From Candidatus Latescibacterota bacterium (GTDB lineage: Bacteria > Latescibacterota > UBA2968 > UBA8231), in contig CBDBIJ010000037.1 in NCBI GenBank assembly GCA_965205655.1, forward strand, positions 1 through 50,561: a stretch of 50,561 nucleotides of DNA, given 5' to 3'. The position numbers were made by a program, and so were the translations under genes. The notes beneath the pieces are model-generated. The model saw only the letters and a program-made list of their open reading frames with translations. It had not been told where the DNA came from and did not search any database. Position 1 is the stretch's first letter, and the number at the start of each line of letters is the position of its first letter. This document shows, piece after piece, positions 39,139-49,616 of the stretch.

Positions 39139-40185
39139 ATGGGCATTCCCGCCGCTATGCTAGACGAAATCGAGACCCTTGGCCGTGAGGCCGTCGCCGC
39201 CATCGAGGCGGCCGATGATCCCAAGCTCCTCGAGGAGCTGCGGGTGCTCTACACCGGCCGTCGCAGCCGGTTGTGCCAGATCCTCGGCGCCATCGGCGAT
39301 TTGCCCGCCGACCAGCGGCCCGCCGTCGGCAAGGCGGCCGGGCAACTGAATAAGGCCCTCGAAGCCGCCCTGGACGATGGCCAGCAGGCCCTCTCGGGGT
39401 CGGCTGAGGACGGCGCCGAGTTCGATGTCACCCTCCCCGGCCGCCGACTCCGAGCCGGCAAGCTCCATCCCCTCACCCGCACCGCCGACGAGCTCGTCGA
39501 CATCCTGCGCGGCATGGGGTTCGTCGTGGCCGACGGTCCCGAAGTCGAGGACGAATATCACAATTTCGATGCCCTCAACACCCCGGCCGATCACCCGGCC
39601 CGGGACCTCCACGACACATTCTACCTGACAAACGGCAACCTGCTGCGCACTCACACCTCGACGGTTCAGGTCAGGGTCATGGAGCGTGCGAAGCCTCCGG
39701 TGCGCGTCATCTCGAGGGGCCGATGCTACCGTCGCGACACCGTCGATCCAACCCATCACATGGTATTCCACCAGCTCGAGGGGCTCTATGTGGACGAGTC
39801 CGTTTCGCTCGCAGAGTTGAAGGGCACCCTCACCCTGCTGGGCCAGCGGCTGCTGGGCGAGGGGACCCGCACCCGACTTCGACCTCACTTCTTCCCGTTT
39901 ACGGAACCGAGCGTGGAGTACGATTTTTCCTGCAGTCTGTGTGATGGCGCGATGAGGCCGGCGACCGCGAGCGCCTGTCACATCTGCAAGGGCACTGGCT
40001 GGATCGAAATCGGCGGAGCCGGCATGGTTGACCCCGCTGTGTTCGAGGCCGTCGGTTACGACGCTGAGCGCTACACTGGGTTCGCCTTCGGCCTTGGGCT
40101 GGAGAGAATCGCCATGATTCGATACGGCATCGGAGACATCCGGCTCTTTCTCGAGAACGACCTCCGCTTCACCCGGCAGTTTTAG
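39139..40185 (+). CDS. pheS: Phenylalanine-tRNA ligase alpha subunit
   Basis: HPARD..DTFY, LLRTHTS, FHQLEG, FPFTEPS, GFAFGLGLER. Confidence 0.97.
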   Translation: MGIPAAMLDEIETLGREAVAAIEAADDPKLLEELRVLYTGRRSRLCQILGAIGDLPADQRPAVGKAAGQLNKALEAALDDGQQALSGSAEDGAEFDVTLPGRRLRAGKLHPLTRTADELVDILRGMGFVVADGPEVEDEYHNFDALNTPADHPARDLHDTFYLTNGNLLRTHTSTVQVRVMERAKPPVRVISRGRCYRRDTVDPTHHMVFHQLEGLYVDESVSLAELKGTLTLLGQRLLGEGTRTRLRPHFFPFTEPSVEYDFSCSLCDGAMRPATASACHICKGTGWIEIGGAGMVDPAVFEAVGYDAERYTGFAFGLGLERIAMIRYGIGDIRLFLENDLRFTRQF

Positions 40186-40192
40186 GTGCCCG

Positions 40193-42652
40193 ATGAAGAT
40201 CACCTGCAACTGGCTTCGGGACTACGTCGAGTTCGAGTGGGATTGGCGTGAACTGGTGGATCGACTCACCATGTCCGGTCTCGAGCTCGAAGGCGCGACA
40301 GATCTCGCAGCCAGGTTCGAGGGCGTGGTCGTGGGACGGGTGCTCGAGTGCGGTCCCCATCCCCGGGCAGATCGCCTCTCTGTCTGCCGCGTCGATACTG
40401 GCCGCGATGCCGCTACTACGATAGTCTGCGGCGCCCCGAACGTGACCGCCGGGCAGCTGGTGCCCGTCATTGAGCCGGGCTATCGCCTCCCCGACGGCAC
40501 GCAGATAGACGAGACCACCATCCGCGGCGTCGAGTCAGCCGGAATGATCTGTTCCGAGGTCGAATTGGGACTCGGCGACGACAGCTCCGGAATCCTCGTC
40601 CTTCCCGACACCCATCGAGTCGGTGCCGCCTTCTCCCAGGAGTCGGGAATGGCCGATGTCGTGTTCGACTTCGAGGTCACCCCGAACCGACCCGACTGTC
40701 TCAGTCTCGTGGGCATCGCCCGCGAGGTGAGCGCCCTCAACGGGGCCGAGCTGAGGCCACCTCCGCATACTCTCAACGAGACCGGAGAGCCGGCAGGCTT
40801 GGCGGCCGCCATCGATATCGACGACGCGAACGGGTGTCCGCGCTACGTCGGCCGTCTCATCCGAGGCGTTCGCGTCGGGCCATCCCCTGCCTGGCTGAGC
40901 AACCGCCTCCTCGCCGTCGGTCTGCGCCCCATCAACAACATCGTGGATGCCACCAACTACGTCATGATGGAGTTGGGCCAGCCACTCCACGCCTTTGACT
41001 TCGCTCGCCTTCAGGAGGGACGCATTGTCGTGCGTCGGGCGCGGAAGGGCGAAAGCCTGCGGACGCTGGACGGTACCGAGCGCGAACTCGATGACGATAT
41101 CCTCGTCATCGCCGACGGCCGCCGACCAGTGGCGCTCGCCGGCATCATGGGCGGGGCCGATTCGGAGGTGACAAATGAGACCACCGATATACTGCTCGAA
41201 TCGGCTTTCTTCGCCCCGGCGCTCGTGAGGGCCAATGCGGCCAGGCTCGGCCTTCACACGGAGGCATCCGTGCGCTTTGAGCGCGGCGCCGACTGGGACA
41301 TGCCTCCGGTGGCCAGCGACCGGGCCGCCAGCCTGATCGCCGAGATAGCCGGCGGCGAAGTAGCCCCCGGACGCCTCGACGCCTACCCAACCCCCTTCAG
41401 CGCACCACGATCCCCCTGCGAGTCTCACGACTACAGTCCCTGCTGGGCATCCAAATCGAAGCTGCCGAATGCCACCGAATCCTCATCTCCCTAGGATGCG
41501 AGCTCATCGAGAGTGGCGAGGCCACCTCGCCAGACGATGCGCAAGCATCGTCGAAAGACCCCGCGCCAGCGGGGTCTTCAGCATCGCCAAAAAACACGGC
41601 GTCAGCCGTGTTTTCAGCGCCCAGCTTCCGCCCGGATCTGCAGCGTGAGGCCGATCTCGTCGAAGAGGTTGGCCGCGTGTACGGCTACGACAAAGTGGAG
41701 GGGAGCTGCGGCCTCCGCGGCCCGCTCGTGCAACCCGGCGGCGACGACGACCTGCATCGCGCGGTAAAGCAGCGACTCGTCGGCCTGGGCTTTGACGAAG
41801 TGGTGACGAACAGCATCGTTCAGCGTGACTGGCTCGGCAACGAAAATGGCAGCGACCGCCTCGTGGAGCTGGCCAATCCCCCGAACGAAAATCAATCGGC
41901 TCTGCGCCGGTCTCTCATCCCCGGGCTGCTCGACGTAGCGAGGCGAAACTTCAACCGGAGAGCGGATACCGTCTCCATCTTCGAAGTGGGCAGGCAATTC
42001 TCGCTCCGCGAAAACGGGGAAGTGGCAGAGGGCCTCTCCATCGCCGGGCTCTGGTCCGGATTTCGCAGCGCCTCGACCTGGAGGGCCGAGAAGCAGCGCG
42101 TCGACTATCTCGATCTGAAGGGGGTGTTGGAAGTGTTTCTCGAGGATCTGCAGCCGCGGTTTGTTGCCGACGACGCCCCCAGTTTTCGCCCGGGGCTGTG
42201 CTCGTCGATTCTGGCCGACGAGCACCTGCTCGGGTACGGGGGGAGAGGTCGCTCCGGATCTGGTTGAATCATTTGATCTGCCCAACTCGGTTTATATCTT
42301 TGAGCTTGAATTTGCTGCTCTCGCCCGGGCGTGGGGAGGAGATGTCGGCTTCAAGCCTCTGCCCAAGTTTCCCCCCATCGAGCGCGATCTCGCCGTCATC
42401 GTCGGTCATGGCGTTCCGGCGGCCGAGGTAGTCGACACCATTCGGGCGGTCGAGCCGGAACTCATCGAGGCTATCGATCTCTTTGACGTGTACCGCGGCG
42501 ACGCCATAGCTGCAGATCGCAAGAGCCTTGCTTTCTCCATCCGCCTGCGCTCCTCGCAAGCGACTCTCGAGGACCGGCGTGCGGACGAAATCATGCAACA
42601 GGTACTCTCGCGCCTGAGCTCGGCCTTCGGCGCGAAGCTTCGCGAGGGATGA
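40193..42652 (+). CDS. pheT: Phenylalanine-tRNA ligase beta subunit (two apparent 1-bp homopolymer frameshifts)
   Basis: CGAPN, TPNRPDCLS, NNIVDATNY, RFERG, RPDL..EADLVEEV, FP.I.RDL, LFDVY.G. Frames join with one added C at 41391-41395 and one removed G at 42238-42243. Confidence 0.92.
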
Positions 42653-42656
42653 AGCC

Positions 42657-42914
42657 GTGGGCGTCGATGGCAACTTCGAGCGGCTCGAGGAGGAGGTGAA
42701 CCGGCTTCTGGAGGTGCTGGATGACCTGCGCCGGGAGAATGCCTCGCTTCGGAGTCGCATCGATGGATTGGAAGCGCAGCGCGTCGAATTCCAGACGCTT
42801 GCGCAGAGACTGTCGAACCTCGAACGGGAGTACGAAAGGGCGATCGAGGGCAGGGAAGAGGTCAAGCAGCGAGTGGAGCGCGTACTCTCCCGCCTGGAAG
42901 AGGCTCCCCTGTAG
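42657..42914 (+). CDS. ZapB-like coiled-coil protein
   Basis: Pure heptad coiled coil (FERLEEEVNRLL...LRRENASL) in the pheT-X-zapA-rny context. Confidence 0.7.
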   Translation: MGVDGNFERLEEEVNRLLEVLDDLRRENASLRSRIDGLEAQRVEFQTLAQRLSNLEREYERAIEGREEVKQRVERVLSRLEEAPL

Positions 42915-42936
42915 GAGCTCGTTGAGGACTGAGATC

Positions 42937-43304
42937 ATGGAGAGTTCGACCGATGGATTCGCCGTTGAAATCCACGGCAAGAAATACGTCTTCGCCGCCG
43001 AGTGTAGGGCGGAAGAGGACGACATCCGCGATGTCGCCAACCTGGTGAAAGAGAAGATCTCTCAGGTCAGCGAGCTTCAGCAGCTTCGCTCACCACTTCA
43101 CCCACCGTGCTCGCCGCCATGTCGCTGGTCGACGAGCTGCTGAGGTTGCGAGCCGAATACGACACCTCCGCAGGGGAGCTCACCCGGCGCACGGCGCGAC
43201 TCACGACGACACTCGGGGAGCTGTTTCAGGGGGTGGAAGCAGTTCCGGAAAGGCGGTCGGTCGACGAGCGTTCGGACGTTGCCGAGTCCGCCGATGGGGC
43301 ATGA
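42937..43304 (+). CDS. zapA: Cell division protein ZapA (apparent 1-bp frameshift near 43100)
   Basis: VEIHGKKY...IRDVANLVKEKI / VLAAMSLVDELL. Confidence 0.75.
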
Positions 43305-43313
43305 GGTAAGTCC

Positions 43314-44876
43314 ATGTCGTTAATCGTTTGGATCGCCATCACCGGCGCCTTTCTGGTCGGGGGCTTCGTCGCGGGCTGGTTCGTGTCCGCCCGGGTTCGT
43401 GGCGGCAAGTTGGAGGACGCCCGGCAGGTTGCCGAGGGTATCGTTTCCGAGGCTCGCTCTGAGGCGGAAGCCCTCAAGCGCACAGCTGCCCTGGAGGCGC
43501 GTGACGAGTGGCGCCGCGAACGCGAACCGCTGGAGCGCGAGATCGAGAGCTCCAGGAGATCGCTGCGCGAGTTGGAGTCCAAGCTGCTGGCGCGGGAGCA
43601 GCAGCTGGACCGCAAGGTCGACGTCCTCGAGAGCAAGGAGCGAACCCTCATCAAGACGGAGGAGGAGCTCTCGGCCCGTGAGGAGAGCGTTGTCAGCGAG
43701 GAGGCCAGGGTAGCGGAGCTTGAAACGCTCCAGCGCCAGCGGCTTGAAGAGCTGGCCGGCATGAGCCGCTCCGATGCCGTCGGTATGCTCGTTCGGCAGC
43801 AGGAGCAGAAGGCTCTGAGAGCCGCCGCCCGAAAGGTCAGGGAGATCAACGACAACGCCATCGCCAACGCCAACCGCGAAGCCAAGGAGATCATCGCTCG
43901 CTCGATCCAACGCTTCGCTGGCGAGCTGACGCCCGAGAGCACCGTGTCCGTTGTCGGCCTGCCCACTGACGAAATGAAGGGCCGCATTATCGGCCGCGAT
44001 GGTCGCAATATCCGCTCATTCGACATGATTACCGGAGTGGAGGTCATCGTCGACGACACGCCGGGAATGGTGATGCTATCGAGCTTCGATCCGCTCCGAC
44101 GGGAAGTCGCCAAGAACACCCTCGAAAGGCTCATCGTCGACGGCCGGATTCATCCCGGCAGGATCGAGGAGGTGTACGAAAAGTCCCACGAGGACGTCGA
44201 AGAGCTCATTCGGGAATCCGGATCGAAAGCAGCTTTCGATCTGGGGATTCACGACTTGGCCGGTCCCCTGCTCGAGCTACTGGGGCAGCTCCGCTTCCGC
44301 ACGAGCTACGGGCAGAACTTGCTCTCACACAGCAAAGAGGTCGGGCTACTTGCCGGCATGATGGCGGAGGAGCTCGAAATGGACGCGGGGCTCGCCCGCC
44401 GGGCGGGGCTGCTCCACGACCTTTCCAAGGGACTCGATCACGAGCTCGGTAGCAACCCGGCGCAGTCCGGTGCCGCTCTTGCCAGAAAGTGTGGCGAGAG
44501 CGAGGAAGTCGTGGAGGTTATCGAGACGCACGACAAGGAGATTCCCACCAGGCCGGCCATCGCCATCCTCGTGCAGGCGGCCGACGCCATCTCCGCAGGG
44601 CGTCCGGGAGCTCGCAAGGAAAAGGTCGAGGAGTACATCAGACGTCTCAAGCAGATCGAGGAAATCGCTTCCGTTCACCCGGGAGTCGATGGGGCATACG
44701 CGCTCCAGCACGGCAGGGAGGTTCGCGTTCTCGTCGACAGCACCAGTGTCGACGATGACTATGCCGATCAGCTGGCCGACGAGATTACCGAGTCGCTCGA
44801 AGAGGAGCTCGGACAGGCCGGACAGATCAAGGTCTGCGTGATTCGCGAAGTCCGCGCCATCAACTACGCTCGCTAG
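43314..44876 (+). CDS. rny: Ribonuclease Y
   Basis: N-terminal TM, coiled coil, KH domain (MKGRIIGRDGRNIR), RTSYGQN, LLHD, ADAISAGRPGAR. Confidence 0.95.
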   Translation: MSLIVWIAITGAFLVGGFVAGWFVSARVRGGKLEDARQVAEGIVSEARSEAEALKRTAALEARDEWRREREPLEREIESSRRSLRELESKLLAREQQLDRKVDVLESKERTLIKTEEELSAREESVVSEEARVAELETLQRQRLEELAGMSRSDAVGMLVRQQEQKALRAAARKVREINDNAIANANREAKEIIARSIQRFAGELTPESTVSVVGLPTDEMKGRIIGRDGRNIRSFDMITGVEVIVDDTPGMVMLSSFDPLRREVAKNTLERLIVDGRIHPGRIEEVYEKSHEDVEELIRESGSKAAFDLGIHDLAGPLLELLGQLRFRTSYGQNLLSHSKEVGLLAGMMAEELEMDAGLARRAGLLHDLSKGLDHELGSNPAQSGAALARKCGESEEVVEVIETHDKEIPTRPAIAILVQAADAISAGRPGARKEKVEEYIRRLKQIEEIASVHPGVDGAYALQHGREVRVLVDSTSVDDDYADQLADEITESLEEELGQAGQIKVCVIREVRAINYAR

Positions 44877-44891
44877 CGGGCTCCAGGTCCT

Positions 44892-45713
44892 GTGCTGCGA
44901 ATCCTCTTTGTGGCCGACATCTTCGCCAAGCCGGGGCGGCGGGCGGCGGCCGAGTTCATTCCTAAGCTCATTCAGGAGCGCGAGATCCATTTTTGCATCG
45001 CCAACGGTGAGAATGCCGCCGGCGGCTTTGGCCTGACCCGCAACCTGGCCGGCAAGATTCACAGCTACGGCGCCGACGTCATCACCTCCGGCAATCACAT
45101 CTGGAATCGCCAGGAACTGTTCCCCCTGTTGAAAAGCTCGGATCGCATCCTGCGGCCCTTCAACTATCCGCCGGGTACGACTGGCTCGGGATCCGCCCTC
45201 GTGGAATCGCGAAACGGTATTCCCGTGGCCGTCCTCAATCTGCAGGGCCGCACCTATATGCCCAGCATCGACTGCCCCTTTCGCTCGGGCCGCCGGGAAG
45301 CCGAGCGGCTCAAGCAGGAGACCCCCGTCGTGTTCGTCGATTTCCACGCCGAAGCCACGGCTGAAAAGATTGCTCTAGGCTGGCATCTCGATGGCATCGC
45401 CTCTGCCGTCGTCGGCACCCACACCCATGTGCAGACCGCCGACGAGCGCATCCTGCCGAAGGGCACCGCCTATCTCACCGACGCCGGCATGACTGGTCCG
45501 CGGGATTCCGTCATCGGCGTTCGCCCCGAGATTGCCGTCGAGCGCTTTCTGCAATCGGTGCCGATCCGATTCAAACCCGCCGACGGCGCCGCCGTGCTTT
45601 GTGGCGTCATCGTCGATGTCGATGAGGCCACGGGCCGGGCCACCTCGATCGAGCGACTGCACCTTCTCGCCAGCGCAGATGGCGAGGAGGCGGCCGATGA
45701 CACCGACTCGTGA
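44892..45713 (+). CDS. ymdB: YmdB/TIGR00282-family metallophosphoesterase
   Basis: NGENAAGG, TSGNH, VDFHAEATAEK, GTHTHVQTAD, TDAGMTG. Confidence 0.93.
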   Translation: MLRILFVADIFAKPGRRAAAEFIPKLIQEREIHFCIANGENAAGGFGLTRNLAGKIHSYGADVITSGNHIWNRQELFPLLKSSDRILRPFNYPPGTTGSGSALVESRNGIPVAVLNLQGRTYMPSIDCPFRSGRREAERLKQETPVVFVDFHAEATAEKIALGWHLDGIASAVVGTHTHVQTADERILPKGTAYLTDAGMTGPRDSVIGVRPEIAVERFLQSVPIRFKPADGAAVLCGVIVDVDEATGRATSIERLHLLASADGEEAADDTDS

Positions 45714-46960
45714 CCACTTTCGACCTCTTCTCTTCTGAATCGGACGACTCCCTCGCCCTCACTGTCTCCGAAATCACCGCCCAGGTAAAGGACGTGCTGG
45801 AGATGGCGCTGCCCGTGTGCTGGGTGGTCGGAGAAGTCTCCGAGTGCACGATGCCGGCCTCCGGACACTGCTACCTGACACTCACCGACGAAGAGAGTCA
45901 GCTCAGCTGCGTCATGTTCAGGTACTACGCCAGCCAGCTCACCTTCACTCCGGCACCGGGCACGAAAATCCTCGTTTACGGTTCCGTGTCGGTCTACGAG
46001 CGCGGCGGGCGCTATCAACTCTACGCTCAGCGCCTGCGCCCCGCGGGCGTCGGCGAAATGGCACTGGCATTTCAGGAGCTTCGCGCCAAACTCGAGCGGG
46101 AAGGCCTCTTCAGCCAGGAGCGCAAACGGCCGCTGCCCGCCTACCCCCGCACCGTCGGCGTCGTCACCTCTCGCACCGGTGCCGCGGTTCGCGATATCAT
46201 CAACGTCGTGTCCCGACGCTCGCCCGGTACTCAGATCGTGCTGCGACCGGCGCGGGTGCAGGGGTTCGGGGCGGCGGAGGAAATCGCCCGCGCCATCGGC
46301 GACTTGAACCGGTTCGGTGGCGCGGATATATTGGTCGTCGGCCGCGGTGGCGGATCTCCCGAGGATCTGTGGCCTTTCAACGAAGAGGCGGTGGCGCGCG
46401 CCATTTTCGCCTCCGAGGTGCCCGTCGTTTCGGCGGTCGGTCACGAAATCGATTTCACCATCGCCGACTATGTCGCCGACTGCCGCGCTCCTACCCCATC
46501 AGCAGCCGCCGAGATGGTTACCCAGGAGTGCGGTGTCGCGCTCGAAAGGGTGGCGGAACGCCGGCGACGGCTTCTGGCTGCGGTCCACAACCGACTCGAT
46601 CACTTTCAGCAGCACCTGCGAACCATCGATCCGCAGCGACTGGTGGATCGGCTTCGCCATCATTTCGCACAGTCGAGCCAGTACCTTGACGAAACTCGGC
46701 AGGTGCTCGTGTCGGCTTTCGGGCGCCGCGCCGTATCCAAGGCGCAGAGCTTTCGCGATGCCGCCGTGCGTTTGGAGGCGCTCAATCCGCTTGCCGGCCT
46801 CGCCCGGGGATTCGCTTTCTGCACGACAGAAAGGGACGGGCGGCCTGTGCGCACGAGTCGGGACCTGTCGCCGGGCGAGCGCGTCGCTCTGCGCTTTCGT
46901 GAGGGCGGTGCGGTATGTCGAGTGGAGGAGGTAGACGATCGAGCGGACATTGAGGGATGA
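45710..46960 (+). CDS. xseA: Exodeoxyribonuclease VII large subunit
   Basis: SGHCY.TL.D, VVTS.TGAAVRD, RGGGS.EDLWPFN.E, SAVGHEID, APTPSAAAE. Confidence 0.96.
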   Translation: MTTFDLFSSESDDSLALTVSEITAQVKDVLEMALPVCWVVGEVSECTMPASGHCYLTLTDEESQLSCVMFRYYASQLTFTPAPGTKILVYGSVSVYERGGRYQLYAQRLRPAGVGEMALAFQELRAKLEREGLFSQERKRPLPAYPRTVGVVTSRTGAAVRDIINVVSRRSPGTQIVLRPARVQGFGAAEEIARAIGDLNRFGGADILVVGRGGGSPEDLWPFNEEAVARAIFASEVPVVSAVGHEIDFTIADYVADCRAPTPSAAAEMVTQECGVALERVAERRRRLLAAVHNRLDHFQQHLRTIDPQRLVDRLRHHFAQSSQYLDETRQVLVSAFGRRAVSKAQSFRDAAVRLEALNPLAGLARGFAFCTTERDGRPVRTSRDLSPGERVALRFREGGAVCRVEEVDDRADIEG

Positions 46961-47232
46961 CGAAACAAGACAAAAAAAAACAACCCGATAGTGAGCCCCC
47001 AACCTTCGAGGAGGCAATGGCGCTGCTCGAGGACAGCGTGGGACAGCTCGAGTCTGGTGAGCTGACGTTGGCCGAGTCCCTCGAGATCTTCGAACAGGGC
47101 ATCGCCGCCTCCCGGGCGTGCACGCGCCTGCTCGATCAGACGCGCAAGAAAGTTCAGCTGCTCACCGAGAAGGACGGAGATCTCGAGCTCGACTTTTTTG
47201 ACGTCGAAGACGGCGATGATGTGGATGAGTGA
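46957..47232 (+). CDS. xseB: Exodeoxyribonuclease VII small subunit
   Basis: FEEAM..LE..V..LESG.L.LAESL..FEQG. Confidence 0.93.
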   Translation: MTKQDKKKQPDSEPPTFEEAMALLEDSVGQLESGELTLAESLEIFEQGIAASRACTRLLDQTRKKVQLLTEKDGDLELDFFDVEDGDDVDE

Positions 47233-47257
47233 GTTGGTGAACTGAAGCCGTCGAACC

Positions 47258-48943
47258 GTGCTATCCCGCCTTTACATCGAGAGCTTCGCTCTCATCGAGC
47301 GGGCCGAAATTGAGTTCGGTCCGGGTCTCAACGTCATCACCGGGGAAACCGGTGCCGGCAAATCCATTCTCATGGGTGCCCTCAACGCCATTCTCGGGGC
47401 CCCCGCCTCGGCCGATCTGGTCCGCAGCGGAGCCGAGAAGTGCATCGTCGAGGGGCTGTTTGAGACCGACGTCGACGATGCAGGGGAAGACGGCGGCGGT
47501 TCCCTCTTCGAGGACGGTCAGCTGATCCTGCGCCGGGAGATCCGCGCCCACGGGCGTTCGAGGTCCTTCGTCAACGGCGCGGCGCTGCCCTTCAAGAATC
47601 TTCACCGCCTCGGTCGCCTGCTCGTCGATTTACACGGGCAGCACGAACATCAAACCCTCCTCGATGTCGAGAACCACCGACGCTTCCTCGACGAGACCGG
47701 GCGGCTGACCGATCTCGCCGGCAAGGTTGCCCGCGGCTACCGAGACTTCGTCGAGAGTGACCGGTCGCTGCAGCGGCTCGTGGCGGAGCGCCACGACCTC
47801 CACAAAGAGTCTGAATTGCGCCGCTTTCAGCTCGACGAGATTCGTCGAATCGCCCCCGAACCGGACGAGGAGGAAGCCCTCGAGCAGGAGGTTCGCGTTC
47901 TCGAGAACCAGGAATCCCTCGTCGAGACGACTGCACAGCTGCGCCACGTCCTCTACGAGGATGAGGATTCCATCGTCGACCAGCTCGGCAAAGCCAGGCG
48001 TTCACTCAGTCAGCTTTCGGAAACCGATCCGGCCCTGCAGACTCAGGCGCAGAGCCTGGACGAGCTCATAGCCGGCGTTGGTGATATTGCCGGGCAACTC
48101 TCGGAATATGGGCACCGCCTGCAGGCCGACCCGCACAGGCTCGAACAGACTCGGGACAGGCTCCACTCGCTGCGGACGCTGCGGCGCAAGTACGGCGACA
48201 CGCTCGCCGATGTGATCGCCCTGGCCGATCAGCTCGAGGACGGCGAAAGCCGAAGCAGGCAACTGGAACAGGAGATCGACGGGGTAGAGAATGGGCGGGA
48301 TCGCTGTCTCGAAGAGTTCAGTCGATGCTGCGTGGACTTGTCTCGCCGGCGGCGGGACGCTTGTGGCAAGCTGGCGCGCGCGGTGGAGGAAGGGCTGCGC
48401 TCACTGGGGATGGCGCATGCGGCGTTCTCGGTTGGATTGCAGCGGCGCGAAATACCGGACGGGCTGATCGAAGAGGACGGCCGCCGGTTCGCGGCGGATG
48501 AGAACGGCCTCGAGAAAGTCGAGCTCTCCGTGTCCGCCAACGCCGGAGAGGAGCCGCGACCACTCGCGCGCATCGCTTCGGGCGGGGAAATCTCTCGCAT
48601 CATGCTCGTGCTCAAAGAAATCATCGCCCACCGGGACCTCGTGTCGACGCTCGTCTTCGACGAGATCGATGCCGGCATTTCGGGTCGCATCGCCGCCGCC
48701 GTCGGCCGCAGGCTTCAACGCCTGGCCGAGTCTCATCAGGTCGTCGTCATCACCCACCTGCCACAGATCGCCAGCCTGGCTGACCGGCACTTCGCCGTTC
48801 ACAAGCGCGTTCGCGACGGACGCACGGTAACGGAGGTGGAGCTGCTCGACGAGGCTGGCCGCGCCGACGAAATCGCCGCCCTTTTGGCCGGCGACACCGT
48901 CTCTGATACTGCCAGACAGCACGCCGAGGAGATGCTGAGGTAG
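47258..48943 (+). CDS. recN: DNA repair protein RecN
   Basis: TGETGAGKS, HGQHEHQ, ASGGEISR.ML, FDEIDAGISG, ITHLPQIA. Confidence 0.97.
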   Translation: MLSRLYIESFALIERAEIEFGPGLNVITGETGAGKSILMGALNAILGAPASADLVRSGAEKCIVEGLFETDVDDAGEDGGGSLFEDGQLILRREIRAHGRSRSFVNGAALPFKNLHRLGRLLVDLHGQHEHQTLLDVENHRRFLDETGRLTDLAGKVARGYRDFVESDRSLQRLVAERHDLHKESELRRFQLDEIRRIAPEPDEEEALEQEVRVLENQESLVETTAQLRHVLYEDEDSIVDQLGKARRSLSQLSETDPALQTQAQSLDELIAGVGDIAGQLSEYGHRLQADPHRLEQTRDRLHSLRTLRRKYGDTLADVIALADQLEDGESRSRQLEQEIDGVENGRDRCLEEFSRCCVDLSRRRRDACGKLARAVEEGLRSLGMAHAAFSVGLQRREIPDGLIEEDGRRFAADENGLEKVELSVSANAGEEPRPLARIASGGEISRIMLVLKEIIAHRDLVSTLVFDEIDAGISGRIAAAVGRRLQRLAESHQVVVITHLPQIASLADRHFAVHKRVRDGRTVTEVELLDEAGRADEIAALLAGDTVSDTARQHAEEMLR

Positions 48944-48952
48944 AGGGGTTCC

Positions 48953-49525
48953 ATGCTGGCGAACTCGCTGAGTGTTCTGAGGGTCGGCCTCGTCCCCTTC
49001 GTACTCCTGAGTCTCCACCGGGACAGCGACTCCCCGTCCTGGACCTCGATCGCCCTGCTCGTCGGCGCCGCGACGACAGACCTGCTCGACGGGTTCGTCG
49101 CGCGCCGACTGAATCAGGTGTCCCGCCTGGGGTGCATCCTCGATCCGGTGGCCGACAAGCTCTTTGTCGCCGGGCTCGCTATCGCCCTCGTGCTCTGGCG
49201 CGACTTCCCTCCGTGGCTGCTGCTCATGCAGTTGCTTAGAGACGGGGCTATCGTCGCGGTCGGCGTCTACCTGTTCAAGGCTCGCGACTTCGTGCCCGCC
49301 GCTAGTCGCCTCGGCAAGTACGCCACCTTCTGCATGGTGCTCACCATCGTCGCCTACGTTTTCGCCGCACCTTCTCCTGTCACGGGGACACTCGTCATCG
49401 CTACCACCGCACTGCTCGTCCTCTCGAGCATAGACTACGCACGCACCTTCCTGCGCATCCGGAGTGGGCAAACAGATGAAAGTGGCGGGTCAGTCAGAGA
49501 CGCTTCGGAGAAAGGCCGTGAATAG
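48953..49525 (+). CDS. pgsA: CDP-alcohol phosphatidyltransferase (PgsA-like)
   Basis: N.LS..R, TDLLDGFVARR...S.LG..LDPVADK. Confidence 0.88.
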   Translation: MLANSLSVLRVGLVPFVLLSLHRDSDSPSWTSIALLVGAATTDLLDGFVARRLNQVSRLGCILDPVADKLFVAGLAIALVLWRDFPPWLLLMQLLRDGAIVAVGVYLFKARDFVPAASRLGKYATFCMVLTIVAYVFAAPSPVTGTLVIATTALLVLSSIDYARTFLRIRSGQTDESGGSVRDASEKGRE

Positions 49526-49616
49526 CGGGGTCGTTTCGCCAGAAAGCCCGTGAATCGCGACGTCGTTTCGCCGGAAACGACAAAACGTCGATTCTAAAAA
49601 TCGACGAAGCTCGACT

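Noticed and set aside
40193..42652. pheT as a true pseudogene or programmed-frameshift gene
   Set aside because: Essential gene with both breaks in short homopolymer runs; sequencing error is more parsimonious
43290..43320. 6S RNA, often found after zapA
   Set aside because: Only 9 bp separate zapA and rny, leaving no room
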